Assembly (NCBI GenBank): GCA_041178425.1
Contig: JBEGVH010000031.1
Span: 32,001 to 96,000, forward strand
Source: Pseudomonadota bacterium
Lineage (GTDB): Bacteria > Bdellovibrionota > Bdellovibrionia > Bdellovibrionales > Bdellovibrionaceae
Length of the DNA stretch: 64,000 nucleotides
Reading direction: 5' to 3'
Every line of letters begins with the position of its first letter. Position 1 is the stretch's first letter. Made by a program: the position numbers and the translations under genes. This document shows, in pieces, positions 31,303-42,180 of this stretch. The notes beneath the pieces were generated by a model. That model was not told the DNA's origin, searched no databases, and was given only the letters and a program-made list of their open reading frames with translations.

Positions 31303-33219
31303 TTACTTATAACTTCGGGTTGCAAGCTTAACATTCTCGAAGGTCAGTGCTTCTTTATGTAAACTTTGCTTTTTGTTAGTACCTTGCCACTCCCATGCAG
31401 CAACATGACAGAAGTTCTCATCGTCACGCTGAGCTTCTCCCTCAGAGGTCTGATATTCTTCTCTAAAGTGTCCTCCACACGACTCCTTACGCTCGAGAGC
31501 GTCCAAACACATTAGTTCTCCTTGTTCTAAGAAATCTGCAACTCGGCTAGCCTTCTCAAGCTCTGGGTTAACGTAATTAAGATCGCCGGGGACTTTAACA
31601 TTATTCCAGAATTCTTCGCGAAGCTTTGGAATGGACTCAAGAGCTTTCTTCAAACCAGCCTCATTGCGTCCCATACCACAATATTCCCACATAGTGCGGC
31701 CAAGTTCTTTATGGAAGCTTTCCACTGTTCTTCCGCCCTTGATCGACAACAATTTTTGGAGTTCCTGCTGAACGCCCTGATGAGCTTCTTTGAAACCATC
31801 ATGGGCAGGTGATACTTTCTCAAGATTTGTTCCCGCTAGGTAGTTGCCAACGGTGTATGGCAAAACAAAGTATCCGTCTGCCAGACCTTGCATGAGAGCA
31901 GAGGCCCCAAGGCGGTTGGCTCCGTGATCAGAGAAGTTTGCTTCTCCGGCGACGAATAAGCCTGGAATAGTACTCATAAGGTTGTAATCAACCCAAAGGC
32001 CGCCCATCGTGTAGTGCGGAGCCGGATAAATCATCATTGGTACTTTATAGGGGTTCTCTCCGGTAATCTTTTGATACATTTGAAACAAATTACCGTAACG
32101 AGCAGCAATCGCTTCTTCGCCAAGGCGGTTAATTGAATCTCTGAAGTCTAAGTTAACAGCAACTCCCGTAGAACCCACACCGCGACCTTCATCGACGCGG
32201 TATTTGGCTTGTCGAGAAGCCACATCGCGAGGAGCAAGGTTGCCGAAACTTGGGTAAATTCTCTCAAGAAAGTAGTCACGTTCGTCATCTGGAATTTCGC
32301 TAGCCGGGCGCTTATCGCCTTTATTTTTTGGAACCCAAACGCGGCCATCGTTACGAAGTGATTCAGACATTAGCGTTAGCTTTGACTGGTTTTCCCCATG
32401 AACCGGAATGCACGTCGGATGTATTTGAGTGTAACAGGGGTTTGCAAAATAGGCTCCGCGCTTATGTGCTCTCCATGCTGCCGTCACAGCACAAGCCATC
32501 GCATTGGTTGAGAGGTAAAACACATTCGAGTATCCGCCGGTTGCAAGAATAACGGCGTCGGCAACATGGGATTCCACTTCACCGGTTAAGAGGTTTCTCA
32601 CGATGATCCCGCGCGCCTTACCGTCGATGACGACGAGGTCGAGCATTTCGCGACGATACAGGAGCTCTACTTGCTTTGATTCCACCTGTCTCATCATTGC
32701 AGAATAAGCACCAATCAAAAGTTGTTGACCTGTTTGTCCGCGAGCATAAAAAGTCCGGCTAACTTGAGCTCCACCGAAAGATCGGTTTGCCAGAAGGCCG
32801 GCATAGTCTCGGGCAAATGGAACCCCTTGAGCAACGCATTGGTCGATAATATTAACCGAAACCTGAGCCAAACGGTGAACGTTTGCTTCTCGCGCTCTAA
32901 AATCGCCCCCTTTTACGGTATCGTAAAAAAGTCGGTAAACCGAGTCTCCATCATTTTGATAATTCTTTGCTGCGTTGATACCACCCTGAGCAGCCACAGA
33001 GTGTGCGCGACGGGGGCTTTCATGAATGCAAAAAGCTTTTACATTGTATCCCATCTCACCAAGAGAGGCCGCAGCACTCGCTCCTGCCAATCCAGTTCCA
33101 ACGACAATAACGTTGTACTTTCTCCGATTAGCTGGATTGACCAGTTTCATACCGAACTTGTGCTTGTCCCATTTTTCTTCAATCGATCCAGAAGGAATTT
33201 TACTATCAAGTGTTACCAT
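31303..33219 (-). CDS. sdhA: Succinate dehydrogenase/fumarate reductase flavoprotein
   Basis: [39 protein letters not shown]. Confidence 0.96.
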   Translation of the reverse strand: MVTLDSKIPSGSIEEKWDKHKFGMKLVNPANRRKYNVIVVGTGLAGASAAASLGEMGYNVKAFCIHESPRRAHSVAAQGGINAAKNYQNDGDSVYRLFYDTVKGGDFRAREANVHRLAQVSVNIIDQCVAQGVPFARDYAGLLANRSFGGAQVSRTFYARGQTGQQLLIGAYSAMMRQVESKQVELLYRREMLDLVVIDGKARGIIVRNLLTGEVESHVADAVILATGGYSNVFYLSTNAMACAVTAAWRAHKRGAYFANPCYTQIHPTCIPVHGENQSKLTLMSESLRNDGRVWVPKNKGDKRPASEIPDDERDYFLERIYPSFGNLAPRDVASRQAKYRVDEGRGVGSTGVAVNLDFRDSINRLGEEAIAARYGNLFQMYQKITGENPYKVPMMIYPAPHYTMGGLWVDYNLMSTIPGLFVAGEANFSDHGANRLGASALMQGLADGYFVLPYTVGNYLAGTNLEKVSPAHDGFKEAHQGVQQELQKLLSIKGGRTVESFHKELGRTMWEYCGMGRNEAGLKKALESIPKLREEFWNNVKVPGDLNYVNPELEKASRVADFLEQGELMCLDALERKESCGGHFREEYQTSEGEAQRDDENFCHVAAWEWQGTNKKQSLHKEALTFENVKLATRSYK

Positions 33220-33232
33220 AATGTTTTTTTCC

Positions 33233-33898
33233 TTAGTTCATAAAGTAAACGTAAATTGGTTGCGCAATAAATCCCCCGCCAACGACAAGGGCGTAGAGGC
33301 AGCTTATTGCTTGTCTTTTCTTTTCATGGGCTCGACTGTTAAGTCCAAAGGATTGCAAAAGTGATCCAACCCCGTGGCTCAAATGTGCCGTGAGTAGAAT
33401 CAAGCATACAATATATCCTGCGACGTAGGCAGGGTTAGCAAACACCTCAACCACTAATCGATGAATGTCTCGCATAACCACTCCGTTCACAGTGGTTTCA
33501 TAATAAGTACCAAACTTGAATGTTATTAGGTGGTAAATAACAAAAAACAAAATAATTGCGCCATGAAAAACCATCGTTCGTGATGACCAAGACACCTTTT
33601 TTTCTCCGCTGGCCTGAACATGATATCGGGCACCTTTAGCAGCCCTATTTTTCAAAGTCAGTCTCATCCCCATAAACACGTGGGTGAGCAAAGAAAAAAT
33701 CAATGCAGCTTCTGCTACATAAATAATCTTGCCACTGGTGAGTGCGTGTCCGTACTCATTGTAGGCGTCGGAACCTACAAACAATAATAAATTGCCTAGC
33801 ATGTGAGCCATTACAAATCCTACCCAAATGAAACCGCTGAGTCCCATCAAGTATTTCATGCCGACTGTTGATGCAAAAAAACATACCTTTCTCGTCAT
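33233..33898 (-). CDS. sdhC: Succinate dehydrogenase cytochrome b subunit (5-TM, b558 type)
   Basis: Multi-TM with His heme ligands (HMLGN, THV, YHL, HLSHG); first gene of sdhCAB. Confidence 0.92.
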   Translation of the reverse strand: MTRKVCFFASTVGMKYLMGLSGFIWVGFVMAHMLGNLLLFVGSDAYNEYGHALTSGKIIYVAEAALIFSLLTHVFMGMRLTLKNRAAKGARYHVQASGEKKVSWSSRTMVFHGAIILFFVIYHLITFKFGTYYETTVNGVVMRDIHRLVVEVFANPAYVAGYIVCLILLTAHLSHGVGSLLQSFGLNSRAHEKKRQAISCLYALVVGGGFIAQPIYVYFMN

Positions 33899-34088
33899 GG
33901 ATTCCTCTCTCTACAGGCACCTCGTGCGGCGCCTAAAATCTGTGTTCTATTACGTCTTAACCCTAGGAAATTTCTTTGTCTATTCTGCTCTTTTTAAAGT
34001 TTGTTTTGCGTCGAGTTACAGCGATCAACCTTTGCTTGCCCCAGTTTTTCCTAGGTATAGTGCGGGCATTCAGAGAAAGGTGCATAAA

Positions 34089-34862
34089 ATGAAAATTTTT
34101 GTGTGTATCAAGCAGGTTCCGGATACGGAAACTAAGATCAAGATAGCCGCTGATTTAAAGGGAATCGATCCATCCTCCATAAAGTGGATTGTGAATCCCT
34201 ACGATGAATATGCCATTGAAGAAGCCGTGAAGCTCAAAGAAGCAAATGCAGGCTCAACAGTAACAGTTTTTACGGTCGGCCCTAAAAAAAGAGCGGCAGA
34301 GGTTCTACGCACGGCTCTTGCCATGGGCGCCGATGAAGGCGTTGTTATAGATTCTCCTGAATTTGTGGACCCAATTGTTTGTGCAAAAGCTCTCTCTGCT
34401 GCCATCAAACAGGAAGGTGCCTTCGATATTATTCTCGCGGGCAAGCTAGCCATTGATGATAATGCCTCCAGCGTCGGCCCAATGCTTGCTCAATTATTAA
34501 ATATTCCTCATGCTTCCGTTGTTGCAAAACTATCCGTAGCAGGCTCTGCCCTAACGGCGGAGAGAGAAGTTGAGGGGGGCACTAAAGAGGTCGTTCAAAT
34601 CCAAACTCCAGCCCTCATCAGCGCTACAAAGGGTTTAAATACTCCACGGTATGCGAGTCTTCCTGGAATTATGAAGGCAAAAAAGAAAGTTCTTAAGGAG
34701 TTAGATTTCGCCGGCCTCGGTGTCGATGGTAAAGCCTCAACCACCTTGACCCAGTTCCGTCTACCTGCCGAAAAGCCAGCTGCTAAAATACTTGCTGGCT
34801 CTGCTGATCAACAAGTTTCTGAGCTCGTTCGTCTCTTAAGAGATGAAGCGAAAGCCCTATAG
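34089..34862 (+). CDS. etfB: Electron transfer flavoprotein beta subunit
   Basis: MKIFVCIKQVPD, NPYDEYAIEEA, ALAMGAD, NTPRY; true start at ATG 34089 behind AGAAAGG. Confidence 0.95.
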   Translation: MKIFVCIKQVPDTETKIKIAADLKGIDPSSIKWIVNPYDEYAIEEAVKLKEANAGSTVTVFTVGPKKRAAEVLRTALAMGADEGVVIDSPEFVDPIVCAKALSAAIKQEGAFDIILAGKLAIDDNASSVGPMLAQLLNIPHASVVAKLSVAGSALTAEREVEGGTKEVVQIQTPALISATKGLNTPRYASLPGIMKAKKKVLKELDFAGLGVDGKASTTLTQFRLPAEKPAAKILAGSADQQVSELVRLLRDEAKAL

Positions 34863-34871
34863 GAGTCATTT

Positions 34872-35837
34872 ATGTCAAAACTCTTAATCTTTACTGAACA
34901 TCAAAACGGAAAGCTCAAAAGAAGCGCTCTCGAGCTACTTTCTTTTGCCCACCAAACCGGCGCCGAAACAGTGGCCTTAGTCTCTGGCTCCGATTCGGCC
35001 TCTGTCATTCCAGAACTTGGCCAATGGGGTGTCTCAGCGGTTCATGTGATTTCAGACTCAAATTTTGATAAGTATAATCCTGAACTTTTTGAGCAAACCT
35101 TCTCTGGGGCGATTAAATCTATTGCTCCTTCTTGTGTCTTAGCGTCTTGCTCTGCTCTGGGGAAGGATCTCTTTCCTCGAGTGGCTGCCAACCTGGGATT
35201 TGCATGTGCGAGTGATTGTACCCATATCGATTGGAACGGCGGTAAAATAAAGGCTACCAAACCACTCTACTCAGGAAAATGCTTGGCCGATGTTGAGTTC
35301 GAAGCAACGCCAATCATCTTGATGAGAGCTAATCAACTGCCTTTAGTTGCTTGCCCAAATAAAAATCATACGCCACAAAAAGTTGATGTGACTGCATCAG
35401 TAAGCGACCTCAAAACTCTCATAAAAGAAATTGTAAAAGGGGCTTCACAAAAGTTAGACCTCACAGAGGCGAATATAATCGTTTCTGGCGGTAGGGGAGT
35501 TAAGGCTCCTGAAAACTTTAAACTCCTCAATGACTTAGCAGACGTTCTTGGAGCCACCGTTGGTGCTTCAAGGGCTGTCGTTGACGCCGGCTGGGTCTCT
35601 CATGAAATGCAAGTGGGGCAAACAGGAAAAACAGTCGCCCCTACGCTTTATATAGCGGTTGGTATTTCGGGAGCTATTCAACATTTGGCTGGTATGAGCG
35701 GAAGTAAAGTCATTGTTGCGATCAATAACGACGCCAATGCACCTATTTTTCAAAAAGCAACTTATGGAATTGTAGGAGATTTATTTGAAGTTTTACCGTT
35801 GCTAACATCAGAGTTCAAAAAAGCATTGCCACACTAA
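34872..35837 (+). CDS. etfA: Electron transfer flavoprotein alpha subunit
   Basis: VSGGRG, GASRAVVDAGW, QVGQTGK, GISGAIQHLAGM. Confidence 0.96.
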   Translation: MSKLLIFTEHQNGKLKRSALELLSFAHQTGAETVALVSGSDSASVIPELGQWGVSAVHVISDSNFDKYNPELFEQTFSGAIKSIAPSCVLASCSALGKDLFPRVAANLGFACASDCTHIDWNGGKIKATKPLYSGKCLADVEFEATPIILMRANQLPLVACPNKNHTPQKVDVTASVSDLKTLIKEIVKGASQKLDLTEANIIVSGGRGVKAPENFKLLNDLADVLGATVGASRAVVDAGWVSHEMQVGQTGKTVAPTLYIAVGISGAIQHLAGMSGSKVIVAINNDANAPIFQKATYGIVGDLFEVLPLLTSEFKKALPH

Positions 35838-35845
35838 ATTTTATA

Positions 35846-35873
35846 AGGCCCGCGGGGAACCCGCGGGTCTTTT
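35846..35873 (+). terminator. Intrinsic terminator after etfA
   Basis: AGGCCCGCGGG-GAA-CCCGCGGGTCT followed by TTT. Confidence 0.75.
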
Positions 35874-35875
35874 CG

Positions 35876-36547
35876 GTGATTGTGAAAAATTTTTTTCGTT
35901 CCCATATCTTACCTCATTTGGCCTGGATGCTCTTAAGATTCCTTTGGTGGAGCTGGCGCTATACAATTGTCGAAGCTCCAGAGTTGAAGCGCCTTTTAAA
36001 GGAAAAAAGTCCCTTTCTGTTAGCCCATTGGCACGGAGATGAAATTGCCCTAATGCCTTTTATCACTCGCTACCGGCTCGCAACTATTGCTTCGACCTCA
36101 AAAGATGGCGAACTAATGGCTGGCTTTATTCACAAACTCGGAGGAGTGACCTCTCGTGGCTCATCCACAAGAGGCGGTGTCGCTGCCCTGAAGGGACTTA
36201 TTCGACTCATTAAAAATGACCGACACAACTCTAGTTTTGCTGTTGATGGACCGAAGGGTCCCATTTACAAAGTTAAGCCTGGTGTTTTTGAAGTTTCACG
36301 GATTGCCAATGCACCTATTTTTTGGGCAGGGGTGAGTGCAGATCGATACTATTCTTTTCCTAAGGCTTGGAATAAGGCGACCCTACCAAAACCCTTTGCA
36401 AGAGTGTTTGTTGAGTGGCATGGCCCAATGCCTGCCCTGAGCTCTGAAGACGACCCAAAATCACTCCAGCTAAGCACTGAGTTAGAAGAAAAGCTCAATG
36501 CTGCAAAACATCAGGCCAGTAAACAATTTGAAGTTGGTCCATCGTGA
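35876..36547 (+). CDS. DUF374 / lysophospholipid acyltransferase family protein
   Basis: WHG, S.SKDGE, RGSSTRGG, DGPKGP, W....LPKPF. Confidence 0.88.
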   Translation: MIVKNFFRSHILPHLAWMLLRFLWWSWRYTIVEAPELKRLLKEKSPFLLAHWHGDEIALMPFITRYRLATIASTSKDGELMAGFIHKLGGVTSRGSSTRGGVAALKGLIRLIKNDRHNSSFAVDGPKGPIYKVKPGVFEVSRIANAPIFWAGVSADRYYSFPKAWNKATLPKPFARVFVEWHGPMPALSSEDDPKSLQLSTELEEKLNAAKHQASKQFEVGPS

Positions 36548-36641
36548 AGTCCATAATAGAATTGGACAACTCCCGAAGCTGAATGCTAGCGTTTTAACGT
36601 TACCTTTCAACTAAGGCTCGTTAACACAAGGAAGATGTAAT

Positions 36642-37478
36642 ATGAAAATGACTTTGCCATTGAAACAACTGTTGTTTGCCTTATCATTTCTGTTTTGCTC
36701 AAACCTCTTAGCCAACATTTCAGACAGTGATGTGCTTGCAGTTATTGGATCAAAATCAATCACCATCGGTGAATTCAACAAAAAGTTCAATGAAGTAAAG
36801 TCTCAAACTCTCAACCCACCAACAAAGGAAGAGTTTCTTGAAGATCTCGTACGTTATTATGTCGGGCTTCAAGAAGCAGAGAAAAAAGGCCTCCGCAATG
36901 ATCCTGTGATAAAAGAAAAAATGGAACAAGAGATGTACAAGGGGCTCTTGGAAAAAAATCTAGGTCCCGAGGTGGCAAGTATCAAGGTTACCGACGAGCA
37001 AATGAAGGCCTGGTATAAAGAAAATCCCGAAATCAGAACCAGTCACATTCTCATTGAATACAAGCCCGGTTCAAAACCCGAAGAAATGGCTGCCGCCAGA
37101 AAAAGAGCCCAAGAAATATTCGATAATGAAGTAAGAAATAGCAAACGTCCCTTCGAAGAGTTGGTTCGCCTCTTTTCAGACGATCCACTGAGCAAACAAA
37201 CCGGTGGAGACATTGGTTGGCAAAACAGGTTAACGCTCGTGCCAAACTATTATAACACCGCCCTAAAAATGAAAACTGGAGAAATTAAGGGCCTCGTTGA
37301 GACTCCTTTTGGATTTCATATCATTAAATTAACTGGCAAACATTCTTATGAAAACGCCAATAAGCGACAAATCAGAACGGCAGTTTTTGATGAACAGCGG
37401 CGCCAAAAGTTTAATAAGTATTTCGAAGCTCTAAAGAAAGACTATCCGATTAAGGTTAATTCAAAGTTAATCAAATGA
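36642..37478 (+). CDS. Exported parvulin-type PPIase
   Basis: Signal peptide; SHILI, GGDIGW, VETPFGFHIIKL. Confidence 0.9.
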   Translation: MKMTLPLKQLLFALSFLFCSNLLANISDSDVLAVIGSKSITIGEFNKKFNEVKSQTLNPPTKEEFLEDLVRYYVGLQEAEKKGLRNDPVIKEKMEQEMYKGLLEKNLGPEVASIKVTDEQMKAWYKENPEIRTSHILIEYKPGSKPEEMAAARKRAQEIFDNEVRNSKRPFEELVRLFSDDPLSKQTGGDIGWQNRLTLVPNYYNTALKMKTGEIKGLVETPFGFHIIKLTGKHSYENANKRQIRTAVFDEQRRQKFNKYFEALKKDYPIKVNSKLIK

Positions 37479-38443
37479 TGAATAAATTATCGCCTCTGCG
37501 GTTCCTAATTGCCGTAGGGTTGTTGTCCTGTGGGGCTTGTAACTGGTATCAAGCCTCTTTAAAAAACAAGGTTGTTGTTAAGGTTGATTCAAATGAATTC
37601 AATTCCAAACAATTTGCCGACGAACTATCTCATAGGCTTTCAAAGTACGACGCGCTTACAGCCAAAGACCCGAAGAATATCGAACTTGTCAAAAATGCCA
37701 TCATCAATGACTTTATTCTATCCTCTATTTTAAAAAAGTGGGCCCAAGATAACAATATTCAAGTATCAAAAGTTCAAATCGAAGACGAGATAGCGAAGGT
37801 TCGTAAAGGGTTTCCCGACGACTTAACATTTAGAGAAGAGCTTTCAAAGCAGGGTGTCTCGCTTTATCAGTGGCAGCAATCGATGACTGAACGTCTTCTT
37901 GAAAAGGCTGCCATGAATCATGTTAATAAAATGGTGCCTCAGCCCACTGATGAGGAAATTTCTAAACACTATCAGCTTTCAAATAAAAAGTATTTTCAAA
38001 AGGAACGGGTGTACTTGCACCAGATTGTTCTGGCCACCAATTCCGATGCTGATCAAGTACAAGTAGCTTTAAAAAAGAATCAATCTTTTGCGAGCCTAGC
38101 TCAAGAATTTAGTATAACGCCAGAAAGTAAAAAGGGTGGAGAGGTCGGTTGGGTCGAGAAAGGTCTTTTGCCTGTCTTTGATGAGGCCTTTACATTACCC
38201 ATCGGCAAGGCAAGTGATCCAATTCAGAGTCCTTACGGCTTTCATATTTTATTGGTTACAAAAAAATCGCCAGAAGGACCAATACCATTGAGTAATGTTC
38301 ATGACGCGATTAAACGGGAATTGAAGGGCCAGAGGGATCAAGCGTATTTTTCGAAATGGCTCGAAAATCAGATAAGGAGCTTGCATGTTTTCAAAGATCA
38401 ACAGCTTATTGATGCCATGGCAGTCGAAACTCGCAAAGAGTAG
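37475..38443 (+). CDS. Exported SurA/PrsA-like parvulin PPIase
   Basis: SurA-like N-domain; FASLAQEFS, GGEVGW, QSPYGFHIL. Confidence 0.88.
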   Translation: MMNKLSPLRFLIAVGLLSCGACNWYQASLKNKVVVKVDSNEFNSKQFADELSHRLSKYDALTAKDPKNIELVKNAIINDFILSSILKKWAQDNNIQVSKVQIEDEIAKVRKGFPDDLTFREELSKQGVSLYQWQQSMTERLLEKAAMNHVNKMVPQPTDEEISKHYQLSNKKYFQKERVYLHQIVLATNSDADQVQVALKKNQSFASLAQEFSITPESKKGGEVGWVEKGLLPVFDEAFTLPIGKASDPIQSPYGFHILLVTKKSPEGPIPLSNVHDAIKRELKGQRDQAYFSKWLENQIRSLHVFKDQQLIDAMAVETRKE

Positions 38444-39392
38444 CGCCCTCTTGGTTTTAATTATAACAACTCACCTGCCAACAAATTGTTTTGCTGATGA
38501 GCTTGTGGAAAAAACGGTAGCTCTTGTGAATAATGAGCCCATTCTTTTGTCGGATATCAAGCAATTGGAGAGGCGACTGAGTAAATCCTCTATGATTGAT
38601 GATCTCCTCCTTTTTGATTTGCCTATTGAAAGCCTAAAGAAAGATAAAAAAGCACAATTACAATTTTTAATAAACGAGCGAATCGTTGATTCAGAGGTTA
38701 AAAGAAATAATCTCGGTGTTACCATGGATCGGGTAGATCAAGAAATTAGAGAGATTGCAAAGCGCAACAATATTAGTAAAGAGGACCTTTTAAAAACTCT
38801 CCAAACCCAGGGGATTAACTCTTCGGATTACCAGTCTTTCATGAAACAGAGAATTGAGCGACAATCTATTGTAGAGCAAGAAATCACCTCAAAAATCCGT
38901 TTAAGCGACGAAGACGTTCTCGCTTTCTACAGTGGCCAGACCGGTAAGAAGTTTAATAAAATAAACGAGTACTCAATTTCTCACATCTTCTTTAATCCTC
39001 AAAAGGGAGGGGCTGAGCAAGCTTACTCAAGAGCAAAAGGTGTCTTGGAGCAAATCAAATCGGGCACCAGCTTCGAAAAGGCCTTGAGCAAGTCCACTGA
39101 AGAGACTAGCCCTGCAGCCGGTGGAATGTTGGGCACATTCAAGTCAGGCGAATTTTCAGTCGAAATGGAAAAAGCCGTCAAAGATTTAAACATTGGTGAG
39201 GTTTCTGATGTTGTAAAGTCTCGATCTGGCTTTCATATTCTTAAACTTGTTCAAAAGAAACTTATTGCTGATCCTGACTTTGAGAAGAATAAGGAAAAGT
39301 ATCGCGCCCTGCTTTTCGAGAAAGTCTTTAAGCGACAATTAAAGGCTTGGATTGATTTAAAACGCGAAGAAGCCAGCATCACTCTAAATTAG
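38385..39392 (+). CDS. surA: SurA-like chaperone/PPIase
   Basis: VALVNNEPILLSD, LINERIV, SHIFF, GGMLG, SRSGFHILKL; directly upstream of pdxA; exact start uncertain. Confidence 0.8.
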   Translation: MFSKINSLLMPWQSKLAKSSALLVLIITTHLPTNCFADELVEKTVALVNNEPILLSDIKQLERRLSKSSMIDDLLLFDLPIESLKKDKKAQLQFLINERIVDSEVKRNNLGVTMDRVDQEIREIAKRNNISKEDLLKTLQTQGINSSDYQSFMKQRIERQSIVEQEITSKIRLSDEDVLAFYSGQTGKKFNKINEYSISHIFFNPQKGGAEQAYSRAKGVLEQIKSGTSFEKALSKSTEETSPAAGGMLGTFKSGEFSVEMEKAVKDLNIGEVSDVVKSRSGFHILKLVQKKLIADPDFEKNKEKYRALLFEKVFKRQLKAWIDLKREEASITLN

Positions 39393-39404
39393 AAAACAAC
39401 AGTC

Positions 39405-40358
39405 ATGGGTAAAAAAGTTATCGGCATCACCACAGGCGATCAAACGGGGATAGGACTAGAAGTGACTACAAAGGCCCTTTCCTCCCTTAAGGGCTCGTCT
39501 TCTGTTTATGTGATTTGGCAAAGCTCTCAAAAAACAAAGTTTTGCTGGAAGCCCTTGCCCAAAAAAACGAGCCTGATCGTTCGATCTTTGGACGATGCAC
39601 TCTCAGAAGTCCAAGCGCGAAGATCCCCTTATCGATTCATACATATTGATTCGGATGATAGCCCTGCCCATTGGGTGAAGGAGGCCGCTCAAGGTTGTCT
39701 GGACGGAAAACTTTCTGGGATGGTTACCGGGCCTGTCTCTAAAAAAACTTTTCTGGAATTTGATCGTGAAAGTATCGGACACACTCCCTTACTAAAGAAG
39801 CAATGTAAGGCTACTTCGGCCTATATGGGTTTTTTGGGTAGCCGCTTCAATGTCGTTCTGTTGACCGGGCACCTGCCTCTTTCAAATATTGAAAAAGCCT
39901 TAACGCCAGCAGAGCTAGAAAAGGGGTTCAAAACAGTGAGTGAGTGGACGGCTTTTCTTCCAACCAAGTTGCGAAGAAGACCGCTTGGAATCCTTGGCCT
40001 CAATCCTCATAGTGGAGAGAGTGGGGTAATAGGTACCTTCGAGCAAAATATTCTTGGGCCCCTCCTAAAAAAGTATCCTCACTTGCGAGGGCCGCTGGTT
40101 CCAGACGCAGCCTTTTTGAAAGAGAACTGGGACAAATTTTCCTTTTATATCTCTCTTTACCATGACCAAGGATTAATTCCTTTTAAAATGATCCATGGCC
40201 ATTCAGGGGGGGCCCATGTTACTCTGGGACTTCCAATCATTCGAACGAGTGTTGATCACGGAACGGCCGAGGACATTTATGGCAAGGGAATCGCTCAGGC
40301 AAACTCCATGCGAGATGCGATTAAATGGTGTGAAGCACTCACAAGTAAGAAAGGTTAA
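39405..40358 (+). CDS. pdxA: 4-hydroxythreonine-4-phosphate dehydrogenase
   Basis: ITTGD..GIG.E, GHT, GLNPHSGE, YHDQGLIPFK, RTSVDHGTA. Confidence 0.92.
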   Translation: MGKKVIGITTGDQTGIGLEVTTKALSSLKGSSSVYVIWQSSQKTKFCWKPLPKKTSLIVRSLDDALSEVQARRSPYRFIHIDSDDSPAHWVKEAAQGCLDGKLSGMVTGPVSKKTFLEFDRESIGHTPLLKKQCKATSAYMGFLGSRFNVVLLTGHLPLSNIEKALTPAELEKGFKTVSEWTAFLPTKLRRRPLGILGLNPHSGESGVIGTFEQNILGPLLKKYPHLRGPLVPDAAFLKENWDKFSFYISLYHDQGLIPFKMIHGHSGGAHVTLGLPIIRTSVDHGTAEDIYGKGIAQANSMRDAIKWCEALTSKKG

Positions 40359-40361
40359 TTT

Positions 40362-41732
40362 ATGGCATTCGATCCAGTGATTTTCAGAGAGTACGATATT
40401 CGTGGTATTTACGGCGAGGAATTTGACTTGCAGTTTGCCTATGAGCTTGGAAGAACGTACGCCACCTATCATCATCTCAAGACCAACCTGCCGCACTCAC
40501 GAGTCGCCGTTGGATACGATGCTCGCCTCTCAAGCCCAGATATTTTTAATAGCTTATCGCGAGGCCTGAATGAGGGGGGCCTTGACGTGCTGAACTTGGG
40601 TTTAGTGACAACTCCCATGAACTATTTTGCGAACTTTTCCGTGGACGTTACCGGCAGCATAATGATCACAGGCAGTCACAACCCGCCTAATTATAATGGA
40701 TTTAAGATTTGTCTCGAAAAATCTAGTTTGTTTGGTGAAGAAATCCAAAATTTGAGGTCGATCTACCTTAAAAAAGATTGGTACGTTGGAAACTTGGGAG
40801 TTACGTCTCACTTCGATATTTTTCCAATCTATATTGATCGATATAAAGATGAATTTAATAAACTCCAACCGCTTAAAGTTGTTCTTGATTGCGGTAATGG
40901 GGCTGCTGGAGTTATTGCTCGCAAATTATTCCAAAGTGTCGGAATTGATCCTATTGTCTTATGTGAAGAACCAGATGGTCGTTTTCCGATTCACCATCCA
41001 GACCCAACCGTAGAAAAAAACCTGACCATGTTGAAAGAGGCAGTACTTAAGGAAAAGGCTGCTATCGGCATTGGTTTCGATGGAGATGCTGATCGCATTG
41101 GCTTAGTCGATGAAAAGGGCCAAATGATTTATGGCGATGAACTCATGGTTATGATTGCTCGCGATATCCTCGCAAACAAAAAAGGAGCCAAAATAGTTGG
41201 TGATGTGAAATGTTCAGATCGGCTCTACGACGATGTTAAGGCCCATGGTGGAGAGCCAATCATGTGGAAAACTGGCCATAGCCTTATCAAAGACAAAATT
41301 AAACAAGAGAAGGCTCCCTTTGGTGGTGAAATGAGCGGCCACATATTCTTTGCCGACCGAAATTACGGATACGATGATGCTGTTTATGCTGGTTTGCGTG
41401 TGGTTGAGATTCTTTCAAAAACAGGAAAAACAGTTTCGCAACTTTTAGAAGGTCTCCCTAAGGCCTTCAACACTCCAGAAATTAGAATCGATACCACCGA
41501 AGAACGAAAGCAACTCATCGTGGATAAGCTCAAAGAAAAGTTTCTCGAGCGCTCAGACGACTATGAAGTAAATCTCCTCGATGGAATTAGAATTTCCTTT
41601 AAAGATGGTTGGGCTCTAGCAAGAGCTTCTAATACTCAACCCGTATTGGTATTGCGATTTGAAGCTAATTCTGAACAGCGGCTTCAAGAGATCAAAAAAC
41701 AAATTGAAGAAGTGGCAAATAAATACTTGTAA
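40362..41732 (+). CDS. Phosphomannomutase/phosphoglucomutase (AlgC-like)
   Basis: FREYDIRG, ITGSHNP, FDGDADR, GEMSGH, RASNTQP. Confidence 0.95.
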   Translation: MAFDPVIFREYDIRGIYGEEFDLQFAYELGRTYATYHHLKTNLPHSRVAVGYDARLSSPDIFNSLSRGLNEGGLDVLNLGLVTTPMNYFANFSVDVTGSIMITGSHNPPNYNGFKICLEKSSLFGEEIQNLRSIYLKKDWYVGNLGVTSHFDIFPIYIDRYKDEFNKLQPLKVVLDCGNGAAGVIARKLFQSVGIDPIVLCEEPDGRFPIHHPDPTVEKNLTMLKEAVLKEKAAIGIGFDGDADRIGLVDEKGQMIYGDELMVMIARDILANKKGAKIVGDVKCSDRLYDDVKAHGGEPIMWKTGHSLIKDKIKQEKAPFGGEMSGHIFFADRNYGYDDAVYAGLRVVEILSKTGKTVSQLLEGLPKAFNTPEIRIDTTEERKQLIVDKLKEKFLERSDDYEVNLLDGIRISFKDGWALARASNTQPVLVLRFEANSEQRLQEIKKQIEEVANKYL

Positions 41733-41769
41733 CAGAACTTTGGCCTCAACTTTATTGGGGCCAGAAAAT

Positions 41770-41800
41770 AAAAAAGGAGACCAAACGGTCTCCTTTTTTT
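41770..41800. terminator. Bidirectional terminator between pgm and atpE
   Basis: AAAAAAGGAGACC-AAAC-GGTCTCCTTTTTTT. Confidence 0.9.
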
Positions 41801-41820
41801 ATGTCTATGATACGTCTCAA

Positions 41821-42144
41821 TTAACCGATTTTTTGGTTAAGGAAAAGAGCGATCAAGAACGCCAAGATCACAAGTGCTTCGATAAGAGCAAGCGCAACGA
41901 TCATCGGAGTGAAGATCTTGTCTTGAGCAGCTGGGTTGCGAGCGATACCCTCAAGGGCAGCTGCAGCTGTTTTAGATTGAGCCTGAGCTCCACCAAAAGC
42001 AGCGATACCAATTGCTAAGCCAGCACCAATTGCCAACATGCCATTGTTAGATCCAGCTGTTGTAGCAGCTTCTTGTGCGAAGGCAGGTACTGCAGCAACA
42101 AAAGCCAACAAAGCAACTGCCATTTTTTCCATAGTTTTTCTCAT
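41821..42144 (-). CDS. atpE: ATP synthase F0 subunit c with N-terminal signal-like extension
   Basis: IARNP loop, ALIEAL with the conserved carboxylate. Confidence 0.95.
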   Translation of the reverse strand: MRKTMEKMAVALLAFVAAVPAFAQEAATTAGSNNGMLAIGAGLAIGIAAFGGAQAQSKTAAAALEGIARNPAAQDKIFTPMIVALALIEALVILAFLIALFLNQKIG

Positions 42145-42180
42145 GAGGTTATCTCCTTTTTCTAGTTCTTTCTCTTTAAA

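Noticed and set aside
32722..33364. Long antisense ORFs over sdhA/sdhC, and similar ones over ftsK, gyrB, dapB and mnmE
   Set aside because: They lie opposite well-conserved genes and show no RBS or family motifs
33828..34088. 87-aa N-terminal extension on EtfB in the ORF track
   Set aside because: It overlaps the divergent sdhC start and promoter; the canonical MKIFVCIKQ start with RBS is at 34089
41860..42000. Na+-coupled ATP synthase
   Set aside because: The Gln is present, but the carboxylate is followed by Ala (IEAL), not the Ser/Thr of the Na+-binding signature
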